Below, piece by piece: positions 55,501-64,000 of a stretch of DNA of 64,000 nt. The translations under genes and the position numbers were made by a program. The stretch's first letter is position 1. Every line of letters begins with the position of its first letter. Under the pieces are notes generated by a model. The model saw only the letters and a program-made list of their open reading frames with translations, searched no databases and had not been told where the DNA came from. Origin of the DNA: Candidatus Woesearchaeota archaeon (GTDB taxonomy: Archaea > Nanobdellota > Nanobdellia > Pacearchaeales > GW2011-AR1); contig CAYJQB010000001.1 of NCBI GenBank assembly GCA_964372205.1, positions 226,967 through 290,966 of the forward strand, read 5' to 3'.

Positions 55501-55926
55501 TTAAACAACAGAATATCCAGAACCAACTCTTTCAGTATCTCTAACCTCATGAAGAATACGTACAGCCCTCGAAAAGCTGAATTCAGGGTGCGTTCTAATA
55601 AATTCTGCTTTTTCCGAACCTAAGGGATCATCTGGCCTTTGATATGAATGTCTGCCAAATCCTCTATCTGGAGGATGATAGTCTGGACAACCTGCGACAA
55701 TCTTTCCCAAAATGTCACGTGCAGAATCATACTCGCGATGCGCAAGTTCTTTCAAAGCCGCCAAGAAAAGCAAGTCCATTCTTACTTGTAAGTTTTCAGA
55801 ACCAGGGAATCTATCAAGAGCAAGCAAATCATCAATTACAGAAACTGGATCTCCCTGACCTAATCTCCTACTACTTCCCCTTCCAGGAATCACAGAATGA
55901 TGGCTACTGTATTTTCTAGCACCCAT
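55501..55926 (-). CDS. hypothetical protein
   Basis: 141-aa ORF between EF-2 and EF-1alpha genes; composition atypical (more G+C) for this window. Confidence 0.4.
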   Translation of the reverse strand: MGARKYSSHHSVIPGRGSSRRLGQGDPVSVIDDLLALDRFPGSENLQVRMDLLFLAALKELAHREYDSARDILGKIVAGCPDYHPPDRGFGRHSYQRPDDPLGSEKAEFIRTHPEFSFSRAVRILHEVRDTERVGSGYSVV

Positions 55927-55975
55927 ATTACCTTAAAGAAAAATGGCTTTATAAAATTGTTTGTAATAAATTTAA

Positions 55976-58165
55976 TTACTGGTTTTCACTCAAACCCTTT
56001 CTTTCTCTAATCTTTCTTATAGCGTTTTCTTGAAGTTCTCTTGGAAGAGGCTTGAACTGCTGGTCCATTAAACTGGAAATTCCTCTGCCTTCAGTTGCGC
56101 TTCTTAAATCATTACTCCATCCAATCATCTCTGCAACAGGAATTTGTGCTTTAATCATGACTTGCCCACTTTCTTGCTGAACATCTTGTAATACTCCTCT
56201 CTTGCTTGCAACTAAGTTTGTAAGAGTTCCCATGAATTCAAGTGGCCCTTCAACAAGATGTGTCTGAATAGGTTCAAGCATTCCAGCCCCAGCTTGCTTC
56301 ATCGCTTCATGCATTCCAAGTCTTACAGAAGGATATATTTGAGCAGGCCCTCTGTGCATGTGGTCTGTGTGAATCTTAGCGTCATGCAATATGAATTTAG
56401 TCTTCATCATAGGTTCCTTTGCAAGAGGTCCGCCATTGATTACAAGTCTCCATCCATCCATAATAGATTCTATAATATCTCCAAGCAAAACAAGTCCTCT
56501 TGTTCTGTCCTCAAAAATGTTACCTTTATAGATATCTTTCACCTGTCTAGCTTCATCCGAAGACATTCCAGCTTCCTCGAGTTTCTTCCAAAGCTCTTCA
56601 GCTTTCTTCTTTGGCCTTCCTTCAGGAATTTCATTGCCGTCTATTTTTTTATAAACTTCATCTTCAAGAGTTTCTATACTAAAGAAGAATATGTTGTGCC
56701 CATTAGGTGTTCTTGCTTCAATCTTATCACTCTTCTTTGTTACAGTCTCTCTGTAAACAACTATCGGAGGCCCTGTTTTTACCTCAAGCCCTTTTTCACT
56801 CTTTATTCTTCCTTCAATAATCTCTAAGTGCAGTTCTCCCATTCCAGATATCAAGTTCTCACCAGTTTCTTCGTTGATTTCAATCTTAATGCTAGGATCT
56901 TCCTTTCCAACTTTTCTAAGAACATCAATAAGCTTAGGAAGATCAGCAGATCTAGTTACTTCAATAGATTTAGTGATTACAGGCTGGAAGATGTGTTTTA
57001 TCTCCTCAAATGGTTGTATATCCTCTGTAGAGATAGTATCTCCAACTTCTGTATTCAATCCTACAATAGCTACAACATTTCCAGCAGGAATCGTTTCAAC
57101 CTGTCTCGGCTTGATTCCTTCATAAACTAAAACCTGTTGTATCCTAGTCTTCTTCTTAGTCAATGTAGAGTACACTTCAGCACCATTCTGCAAAGTTCCA
57201 GAGAAAAGTCTTCCAGCTGCTACTTCCTTCCCAACTCTCGGATCTATTATTATTCTTGTAATAACGAAAGCCAACTTTCCGTTCTTATCACAGGTTACAA
57301 GATTTTGACCAAGTTCGCTCTCAATCTCTCCACTCCATATTTTAGGAATCCTATATTTTTGAGCGTCTACAGGATTAGGAAGATGTTTTACAACCATGTC
57401 AAGAATTACTTCATTCAATGCCGCATTTTTCCAGACCCAGTCCTGTCTTTCAGCTTCTTCCATCTCATATATTCTATAAATATCTTTGAAGCTTATCCCT
57501 TTCTTTTTCATGAATGGAACAGACATAGCCCAATTTTCTCTAGCAGAGCCAAAAGCAACACTTCCTTCGTTGATGCTAACTTGCCATTTCTCAGCCAATG
57601 CAGGTTCTGCTATCTGCTGGACAAGATGATTGAATTGGTTGAATATTTTGATGAATCTTTCCTGCATCTGTTCAGGAGTCACCTTAAGTTCTTTGATAAG
57701 TCTATCAACTTTATTGATGAACAACACTGGTTTAACCCTTTCTCTAAGTGCCTGTTTCAATACAGTCTCTGTCTGAGGCATTATCCCTTCAACAGCGCAC
57801 ACAAGAACAACTGTTCCATCAATGGCTCTCATAGCTCTTGTAACATTTCCAGAGAAGTCAACGTGTCCGGGAGTGTCAATAAGATTAATTAAATATTCTT
57901 CACCGCCGAATTCATGGGGCATAGAAACATTCGCAGCGTCAACAGTCATAAGTCTTTCCTGCTCATCTGCATGTTGCCAAGTAGTCATTCCCTCTTCCAA
58001 ATCTCCTGCATTTTTTGCAGCCATCATACCAGCCGCAGCTAACAAATTGTCAGTGAAAGCAGTTTTTCCATGGTGGATATGCGCGCTTGTCGCTATGTTT
58101 CTTATATTCTTCTGATTACTAATCAATCTGCTTATTTTGTGTAGTCCTGTTTCTTTTTCTGCCAT
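55976..58165 (-). CDS. fusA: translation elongation factor 2 (aEF-2)
   Basis: AHIHHGKTAFTD G1, DTPGHVDF, NKVD, domain IV with diphthamide-region GRGISS...; 729 aa. Confidence 0.95.
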   Translation of the reverse strand: MAEKETGLHKISRLISNQKNIRNIATSAHIHHGKTAFTDNLLAAAGMMAAKNAGDLEEGMTTWQHADEQERLMTVDAANVSMPHEFGGEEYLINLIDTPGHVDFSGNVTRAMRAIDGTVVLVCAVEGIMPQTETVLKQALRERVKPVLFINKVDRLIKELKVTPEQMQERFIKIFNQFNHLVQQIAEPALAEKWQVSINEGSVAFGSARENWAMSVPFMKKKGISFKDIYRIYEMEEAERQDWVWKNAALNEVILDMVVKHLPNPVDAQKYRIPKIWSGEIESELGQNLVTCDKNGKLAFVITRIIIDPRVGKEVAAGRLFSGTLQNGAEVYSTLTKKKTRIQQVLVYEGIKPRQVETIPAGNVVAIVGLNTEVGDTISTEDIQPFEEIKHIFQPVITKSIEVTRSADLPKLIDVLRKVGKEDPSIKIEINEETGENLISGMGELHLEIIEGRIKSEKGLEVKTGPPIVVYRETVTKKSDKIEARTPNGHNIFFFSIETLEDEVYKKIDGNEIPEGRPKKKAEELWKKLEEAGMSSDEARQVKDIYKGNIFEDRTRGLVLLGDIIESIMDGWRLVINGGPLAKEPMMKTKFILHDAKIHTDHMHRGPAQIYPSVRLGMHEAMKQAGAGMLEPIQTHLVEGPLEFMGTLTNLVASKRGVLQDVQQESGQVMIKAQIPVAEMIGWSNDLRSATEGRGISSLMDQQFKPLPRELQENAIRKIRERKGLSENQ

Positions 58166-58264
58166 TTTGTTCCAAAATTTTAGAATAATTTCTGATAGGA
58201 GAAACGCTTTTTAAACGTTTTGCTGTTTATATAAAAAAAGAGAAAGAAATAGCACTTTAATTAT

Positions 58265-58495
58265 TTACTTGAATAATTTTACAAGCACCCACAGTCCTGA
58301 CAACCCTACAAGCAAGTAAATGATTGCAGCAAGCCAAGGAAATCCGCCAAATATAAGTGCGACAATATCCCAGCTGTAAGATACTCCGCTGAAGCTTGTT
58401 ATTCCAACAAGTCCCCAGTTAATTGCACCAATAACAACTAGGACATAAGCTATCCAGTCAGTTGCGCTTCTTTTCATAGAAACACCTCCTTTCAT
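58265..58495 (-). CDS. DUF378-family small membrane protein
   Basis: INWGLVG ... two TM helices typical of DUF378. Confidence 0.5.
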   Translation of the reverse strand: MKGGVSMKRSATDWIAYVLVVIGAINWGLVGITSFSGVSYSWDIVALIFGGFPWLAAIIYLLVGLSGLWVLVKLFK

Positions 58496-58559
58496 ATATT
58501 AACCAGATTTGTCGAATATATAAACATTATCTAGAGACTCAAATTGTAGAACAAACTCC

Positions 58560-59153
58560 TTATCTTGCAGCATCAGCCTGCTTCTCAGACTCGTTCTTTT
58601 TCTGCATAGCGTAACCTTCCATATTACCATCAGAAGCAAGCATTATTTCATTAGCTAGCGATTCAGCCATTTTTCTTTTTTTTCCGAACGATTTTTGGTA
58701 AGCTCCCTGAACAAGCCATCTCACAGCTAAACTGACTCTTCTCATAGGAGATACATCAACAGCTTGAGGGTATCTTGCTCCACCATATTCAATAGTAGTT
58801 ATCTCATCTCTTGGAGAACATGCTTCAATTGCCTTCACAAGAATTTGTAGAGGGTTTTCTTTCTTTTTCTCTTCTATTATCTTTAGAGCATCCATAACAG
58901 TCTTCATGTTAGTGTTATATTTTCCTGAAGCCCAGTGAGTAATTATTCTGTGTTTCTTTCCAATATGTCCAGGGACGGCAATTCTGTTAGCAATCCTTTC
59001 TATTATGCTCACTCTTGCGCTTGTAAACTTTCCAAGATTTCTTCCATGGGACTTTATTAAAAGACGTGCATCCAGATTGATATATGGTTTAAGAGAAGGA
59101 TCTTTTACTGCTATCCCTCCAGCATCATACACACCAAATATTTTGAATTCCAT
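58560..59153 (-). CDS. rps7: 30S ribosomal protein S7
   Basis: Archaeal S7 length and conserved VKAIEACSPRDEITT... block; position downstream of S12. Confidence 0.9.
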   Translation of the reverse strand: MEFKIFGVYDAGGIAVKDPSLKPYINLDARLLIKSHGRNLGKFTSARVSIIERIANRIAVPGHIGKKHRIITHWASGKYNTNMKTVMDALKIIEEKKKENPLQILVKAIEACSPRDEITTIEYGGARYPQAVDVSPMRRVSLAVRWLVQGAYQKSFGKKRKMAESLANEIMLASDGNMEGYAMQKKNESEKQADAAR

Positions 59154-59155
59154 TA

Positions 59156-59578
59156 TTATCTTCTTCCTTTCTCTATCTTTCCTTTAACTAAAAGATGAAG
59201 GGGTTGGTCGTTAACTTTAATCACTTGATATCTTATCCCAGGAATATCTCCTTTGGATCTTCCCATTTTACCACCAATTCTTTCAATGAGAACTTCATCA
59301 TGTTCATCTACAAATTTTTGAGCTAGATTTCTAGGTATAAACGCGCCAACCTGAACGCCATTCTTTATCAACTGAACTTTGCAACATTTTCTCATAGCAG
59401 AGTTTGGCTGTTTTGCTTCTTTCTGGAATTTTTCAGTCACAATTCCTTTAGCTTGCCAGCTTCTTCCAAGAGGATCAGATTTCTCCTTCAGTTTCATGAC
59501 TCTATTCTTGTAAGTACGCTTGCTCCATCTGAATTTGTTCCTATTGTTCTTCAGTTTCCTTGCATTGTTTAATCCCAT
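59156..59578 (-). CDS. rps12: 30S ribosomal protein S12
   Basis: [10 protein letters not shown]...PNSAMRKC...NGVQV...IPG motif set of S12/S23. Confidence 0.9.
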   Translation of the reverse strand: MGLNNARKLKNNRNKFRWSKRTYKNRVMKLKEKSDPLGRSWQAKGIVTEKFQKEAKQPNSAMRKCCKVQLIKNGVQVGAFIPRNLAQKFVDEHDEVLIERIGGKMGRSKGDIPGIRYQVIKVNDQPLHLLVKGKIEKGRR

Positions 59579-59629
59579 TTTATGATTTTAATAAACGCTG
59601 TTTATAAATCTTCGTGGAGAAATCGCTTT

Positions 59630-60529
59630 TTAAAGATTACTATGGGCTTGAGGGGGAATAAAGTGCTTCCTCCTCCCTTTTCCATTTTTGATATTCCAGT
59701 ACTTTCTGAACTCGCAAAGTGCCCCCTCGATATTAGTTATAGAAAGATATGGATAATTTGAAAATGCTTTCTCATACGCAATGCTTTCCCATTTTTCTGA
59801 AAGAGAATCTTTTTGCATCTCATATAGCTCATACAGCCTATGCTTAACTTCTTTATTGCTTAATTTCTTTCCATAGATTATTTCTAATCCCCACTTTGCT
59901 CCAGGCCCAACGTTCACAAAGTCGTTATCATTCCAGCCCTGCCTAAAGAATCCTAAGTAAGTCAAATCCGTCCATATTTCACACGCAAGGAACGGACCAA
60001 CCATCGGAATTCTTTTTAATATCTCGAAAGACTCTTCAGGAGTGCTACTTTGGTCTATTCTTTTTATTATTTCACTAGAATTGTTGGAAAGAATTTTCAA
60101 ATTGTTTAGGACACTAACATGTTTATCTTCACCTTTTTTCCCTGAAATAATGTAAGCATTGTTGAACAAAGGTTTACCCAATTTTTTCATCCTATCGAAC
60201 TTTTTTAGGATTTCAGCTTTAACTCCATCGTCAAACTTCTTAAACGGCTCTATCTCCAATTCCTCATACAATCCGTGTCTGTTAAAAAATCTGTAAAATA
60301 CAACATTGAGAAGAATTGATTTCCTGTCACTCAATTTGTTTAGTTTTTTCAATAAATAAATGGTGCACTTGTCAAGCTCCCTATACATATTGATTACTTT
60401 ATATTTCTGTAGAATTTTATCCTCAGTCCAAGGGGAACGTTCTTTTAGAACAAATCTCTTATGCCAAATTAAATGTCTTCTGTAAATGAAATCAAAAAAC
60501 TCTTGTTTTAAATTTTCTCGCACAGGCAT
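59630..60529 (-). CDS. 299-aa protein resembling the alpha-glutamyl/putrescinyl thymine pyrophosphorylase (aGPT-Pplase) / DNA base hypermodification family; assignment tentative
   Basis: N-terminal FFDFIYRRHLIWHKRF...PWTEDKILQKYKVINMYRELDKCT resembles the conserved FxxERHxI...PWTxDxIL..Y.F.NVYRExD block of that family (from memory); start codon overlaps the nusA stop. Confidence 0.4.
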   Translation of the reverse strand: MPVRENLKQEFFDFIYRRHLIWHKRFVLKERSPWTEDKILQKYKVINMYRELDKCTIYLLKKLNKLSDRKSILLNVVFYRFFNRHGLYEELEIEPFKKFDDGVKAEILKKFDRMKKLGKPLFNNAYIISGKKGEDKHVSVLNNLKILSNNSSEIIKRIDQSSTPEESFEILKRIPMVGPFLACEIWTDLTYLGFFRQGWNDNDFVNVGPGAKWGLEIIYGKKLSNKEVKHRLYELYEMQKDSLSEKWESIAYEKAFSNYPYLSITNIEGALCEFRKYWNIKNGKGRRKHFIPPQAHSNL

Positions 60530-60942
60530 TACACAATCTTTAGCTCTTTGCCAAAGTAATCTTCCATTATCTTTGAAAGTTCTATCAAGCGCCTTTTGTT
60601 TCTTCCTATAAGGGCTGCTTTTCCGATTGAGCCAGCTGTTAAGATTATATGTCCTTCTTTTACTTCAAGTGATTTGAAACTTACTGGGTCAACTATATCC
60701 TGGATGAATCTTTGCACATCTCGATTATCTCTTGCTTCCTTGACAACCCTTATCTTTTTTCCCAAAGTCTCCTGAATCATCTTTATGTTCTTTCCGTTGT
60801 CTCCAAGAGCTTGCCTCATCATACTTCCGGGAACAACATATATGATGGAATTGTTATAAACAAAACAATCTTTAGTATTTACTCTAGCGACTCTTCTGAA
60901 CAGGTTGATATACCTAATAGTCTGCATATTGATTGTAGTCAT
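60529..60942 (-). CDS. nusA: archaeal NusA-like KH-domain transcription termination factor
   Basis: Two KH motifs (VVPGSMMRQALGDNGKNIKMIQETLGKKIRV and AALIGRNKRRLIELSKIMEDYFGKEL). Confidence 0.8.
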   Translation of the reverse strand: MTTINMQTIRYINLFRRVARVNTKDCFVYNNSIIYVVPGSMMRQALGDNGKNIKMIQETLGKKIRVVKEARDNRDVQRFIQDIVDPVSFKSLEVKEGHIILTAGSIGKAALIGRNKRRLIELSKIMEDYFGKELKIV

Positions 60943-60943
60943 C

Positions 60944-61183
60944 TTATCTTCTTATCCCAAATATCTCTGATCGGAATTCTAGTCCAATCTTTTTTGCAAT
61001 TTCATCTTTTGAAAACTCTGAAGTATCAAACTTTATTTTGTTCGCAGCAAGAATTTTTTTTATTTCAGCACGGCAATCTGCGCTTACAATTGCTCTCTCA
61101 ATTTGATTAGACTTTTTCAAGCACTCTCTGATTCCAAAAAAAATCTTTCGAGAGTCTATAAATTTTTTCAATTCATCAACCAT
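60944..61183 (-). CDS. rpl30e: 50S ribosomal protein L30e
   Basis: 79-aa L30e/L7Ae-fold protein in the canonical position between rpoA and nusA. Confidence 0.65.
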   Translation of the reverse strand: MVDELKKFIDSRKIFFGIRECLKKSNQIERAIVSADCRAEIKKILAANKIKFDTSEFSKDEIAKKIGLEFRSEIFGIRR

Positions 61184-61246
61184 TTTATCTAAAACCTATT
61201 CAACGAATTAGTTTATAAATTTATCTTTAAACTTAGTCAGTTCGTT

Positions 61247-64000
61247 TTATTTTTTATGCTCAAGAAGTTTTTTATCGACGAGAGGACCAGTGACTCTTAC
61301 TAATAATCCAGGTAATCCAGTTCCAATAGGTACAGGTTGATTTAACATTATGTTTTCAATAACTGATGCAAGTTCATCTCTCTTGCCTTGGATTGTTGCG
61401 TTAACAAATTCCTTATCAGGAGTTTCAAAGGCTGCTCTAGCAAAAACGCTTGATTTTTCCGAGACAATTCCCATTCTAGTTACTCCTTTGACAACTCCGC
61501 TTGAAGTCATAGCATCAGCAATAAGGTCAAGATGTCTTATGTTGATGTCAAGACCTTGGCTGTCAATGACCTTTTTCAATTCACCAACTATTGTTTGTCT
61601 TGCAGCTTCAATCCCAAGAACTTCAGCAGTTTCATGTATGTCATTAGAATAGATTTTATTCTTGTCAACACCCTTTACTTCAACTACTTCCTTCAGATTA
61701 GTTCCTGCAGTAAGTACAACATAATCCTTATCTCTCTTAGAAACAACCACTTGAGAGATATTCTTAACTCCAGAGATTATTGTCTTCTTAAGTTTCTCTT
61801 TTATCTTGAACATTTCCCTAAATGACTTCTCTCCAAGACCGACGATTATTTTGTTGGTGTCTTTTGCTTTAGCCTCGAATCCTTTATCATTCAGTCTATC
61901 TACAACTTTCTGGATTCCTGAATGGATATTTCTTAGTCCATTGTTGTCCAATTCAATCTCAATTTTCTTTCCAGAAAAGTCAATGCTGATTTCTTTGGAT
62001 ATTTCTTCGATAGAAACTTCTTTTATCTTTTCAGCAATTACTCTTGCGTCTTTTTCATTATTCGCTTCTTTCTCAAGATATATCTCCATCAATGGAGTGG
62101 AAGGTTTCTTCCTTGCATCAAATATCTCAATAAGTCTTGGTAATCCGAGTGTAATCTGCATTTCTGCGACTCCGGCAGAGTGGAATACGTTCAAAACCAT
62201 CTGTGTTGAAGCTTCTCCAAAGCTTTGCGCAGTGACAACTCCTACAGATTCACCAGGAGCTACTTGCTTGTTTAAGTGAAGGCTCGCAACATCCAATCCA
62301 TCTCCTCCATATAGATACTGGATTATATTTCCAGATGCATCTCTGACAGTTCCATCATATTCAGCTCTCAAATCTTGAAGAGCGCTTACAAGTCTTCTGT
62401 AAAGATAACCAGATTTAGGAGTTCTAAGTGCGGTATCCATAAGTGAGTCTCTTCCAGTTATTGCCCCAAAGAAGAACTCTGTAGGTTTCAATCCCTCAAA
62501 GAATGACGACTTAATGAATCCTCTAGCTTCTGGGCCTATATCTTTTTTATGGAAGAATGAAAGAGTTCTGTCAGTATAACCGAAGCTGATTCTCTTATTC
62601 CAGAGTATCTGTTGTCCGACACAACATCCAATCTGTGTTATGTTAAGCATGCTACCTTTAGCTCCAGGAGTAATCATTTTGTTGATATTAGCCTCTGCAG
62701 GGAATGTTGATTTTACAACTCTTCCAATCTCAGATCTGACTTCGTTAAGTACTTGTGATATTCTCAACTCCCTAGTTTCTTCAATACTCTTTCCAGGCAC
62801 AGGAGTAAGCTTTCCATTCTCAGCTTCTTTTATTATCTCTTGAGTCTTTTTCTCAGCCTCCGAGATTATTTCCTTTGTTGTGTCTTTAACCTTAGGAGCA
62901 ACATTCAAGTCTTGTGCTGAAAGAGTGTATCCTACTCTTGAGATGTGTGTAGTTCCTAGAGTGAACGCCTTCTTTATCGCTAGAACAGTTGCATCCTTTC
63001 CAAACTCTTTGTCCAGATGTTTTATCATTACACCATCTTCCACTCCAAAAGTTTTTTCTCCAGTTAAGTCATTAGGAATCTTTATCTCCGTACCCTTCGG
63101 CAAAATCTCTACAAAGATATCTTTTCCAGAAACTGTTTTTTTCTTAATTCCACTTACAATTCCAGCAGAATACAATAGTTGTTGCGCATATTCTCTGCTG
63201 TAATCTTCCCTACCTAGAAGATACAATCCTGTAACTGCATCAGTAATACATCCAACAAGGGCAGTATTATTCTTTGAAGATATGATATTCTGGTTTATTT
63301 CCAAAAGCTTTATTGCCTCAGCTCTTGCTTCTTCTGTCTGAGGGGAGTGGATGTTCAATTCATCTCCGTCAAAGTCAGCGTTGTAAGGGAAAGTCACAGC
63401 AGGATGTATTCTAAAAGTCCTGTGAGGAAGAATTCTAGCTCGGTGAGCCATGAGACTTTGTTTGTGAAGTGAAGGGTGTCTGTTCAGTAAGACAATGTCT
63501 CCATCTTGCAGATGTCTTTCAATTTTGTATCCTGGGACTATCTCATTGCACAAATCTTCTTTCAACTCATCAGTTATCTTCTTTTTCTTTCCATCAGGTC
63601 TAACAACATAGTTTGCTCCAGGATGTTCACTTCCTTTTCTTATTAGCTTCTTCATCCTTTCCATGTTCATGCTTGTGACATTTTCAGCCACAGTGATTAT
63701 TTCTGCTATTTCGAGAGGGATTCCAATCTCATCAATATCAAGGTAAGGGTCAGGAGAACCTACAGTTCTTCCAGAGAAGTTGACTCTTTTTCCAGCAAGA
63801 TTTTTTCTGATTCTTCCTTCTTTTCCTTTAATCCTTTCAGTTATAGTCTTCAAAGGCTGGCCAGATCTATGTCTAGCAGGAGGAATTCTCGAAGTGTTAT
63901 TATCAAAATATGTTGTTACGTGATACTGAAGCAAGTCCCATAAGTCCTCAATGATAACTTCAGGAGCTCCTGCGTTAAGATTCTCCCATAATCTTTGATT
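61247..64000 (-). CDS. rpoA: DNA-directed RNA polymerase largest subunit, apparently fused A'/A'' (5' end outside window)
   Basis: Catalytic NADFDGDE, bridge-helix region (TALRTPKSGYLYRRLV) and trigger-loop region (AQSFGEASTQMVLNVFHSAGV) in one uninterrupted 895+ aa frame that continues past position 64000. Confidence 0.85.
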   Translation of the reverse strand, partial: NQRLWENLNAGAPEVIIEDLWDLLQYHVTTYFDNNTSRIPPARHRSGQPLKTITERIKGKEGRIRKNLAGKRVNFSGRTVGSPDPYLDIDEIGIPLEIAEIITVAENVTSMNMERMKKLIRKGSEHPGANYVVRPDGKKKKITDELKEDLCNEIVPGYKIERHLQDGDIVLLNRHPSLHKQSLMAHRARILPHRTFRIHPAVTFPYNADFDGDELNIHSPQTEEARAEAIKLLEINQNIISSKNNTALVGCITDAVTGLYLLGREDYSREYAQQLLYSAGIVSGIKKKTVSGKDIFVEILPKGTEIKIPNDLTGEKTFGVEDGVMIKHLDKEFGKDATVLAIKKAFTLGTTHISRVGYTLSAQDLNVAPKVKDTTKEIISEAEKKTQEIIKEAENGKLTPVPGKSIEETRELRISQVLNEVRSEIGRVVKSTFPAEANINKMITPGAKGSMLNITQIGCCVGQQILWNKRISFGYTDRTLSFFHKKDIGPEARGFIKSSFFEGLKPTEFFFGAITGRDSLMDTALRTPKSGYLYRRLVSALQDLRAEYDGTVRDASGNIIQYLYGGDGLDVASLHLNKQVAPGESVGVVTAQSFGEASTQMVLNVFHSAGVAEMQITLGLPRLIEIFDARKKPSTPLMEIYLEKEANNEKDARVIAEKIKEVSIEEISKEISIDFSGKKIEIELDNNGLRNIHSGIQKVVDRLNDKGFEAKAKDTNKIIVGLGEKSFREMFKIKEKLKKTIISGVKNISQVVVSKRDKDYVVLTAGTNLKEVVEVKGVDKNKIYSNDIHETAEVLGIEAARQTIVGELKKVIDSQGLDINIRHLDLIADAMTSSGVVKGVTRMGIVSEKSSVFARAAFETPDKEFVNATIQGKRDELASVIENIMLNQPVPIGTGLPGLLVRVTGPLVDKKLLEHKK

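Noticed and set aside
1-64000. CRISPR arrays, rRNA genes, IS transposases and integrases
   Set aside because: No evenly spaced direct repeats with unique spacers, no rRNA-like conserved stretches, and no DDE transposase or tyrosine/serine recombinase motifs were recognised in any ORF on manual inspection.

Overview
This window is a low-GC (about one third G+C by eye) archaeal chromosome segment. It is archaeal rather than bacterial: EF-1alpha, aEF-2, a TFS/RpoM zinc ribbon, Cdc48, archaeal Toprim DnaG, the rpoA-L30e-NusA-S12-S7-EF2 gene order, and a tRNA with a canonical-position intron. It is most consistent with a small-genome, DPANN-like archaeon carrying giant surface proteins. The main content is:
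(1) Two tandem giant paralogous surface-protein genes of about 4 kb each, sharing near-identical 5' ends.
(2) A carbamate kinase / OTC-family / aminotransferase operon.
(3) Housekeeping genes: TFS, signal peptidase, Cdc48, a TrmB-family regulator, class I aaRS (IleRS-like), RNase HI and HII, stand-alone LigD polymerase and phosphoesterase domain genes, an SMC-like ATPase, endonuclease IV, and DnaG.
(4) The conserved transcription/translation cluster EF1a ... EF2-S7-S12-[extra gene]-NusA-L30e-RpoA, with an unexpected 299-aa gene inserted and an apparently fused RpoA'/A''.
(5) Three tRNAs: Lys-CTT with a 69-nt intron, Ser-GCT, and initiator Met. Two of them have adjacent partial duplications of their 3' ends (att-like) next to RelE-type toxin-antitoxin modules.
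(6) A roughly 5.2-kb tRNA-Ser-linked composite island (about 33.6 to 38.8 kb). It carries an AIPR abortive-infection homologue, a three-gene small-TM-peptide / Ca-binding membrane protein / PD-(D/E)xK module, an HExxH protein and an AbrB-RelE pair. It is punctuated by three copies of a degenerate intergenic repeat and has no integrase. This is the best candidate here for an undescribed defence or mobile system.
No CRISPR array, rRNA, transposase or integrase was recognised. All calls are from reading the translated ORFs and the DNA by eye; no searches were run.
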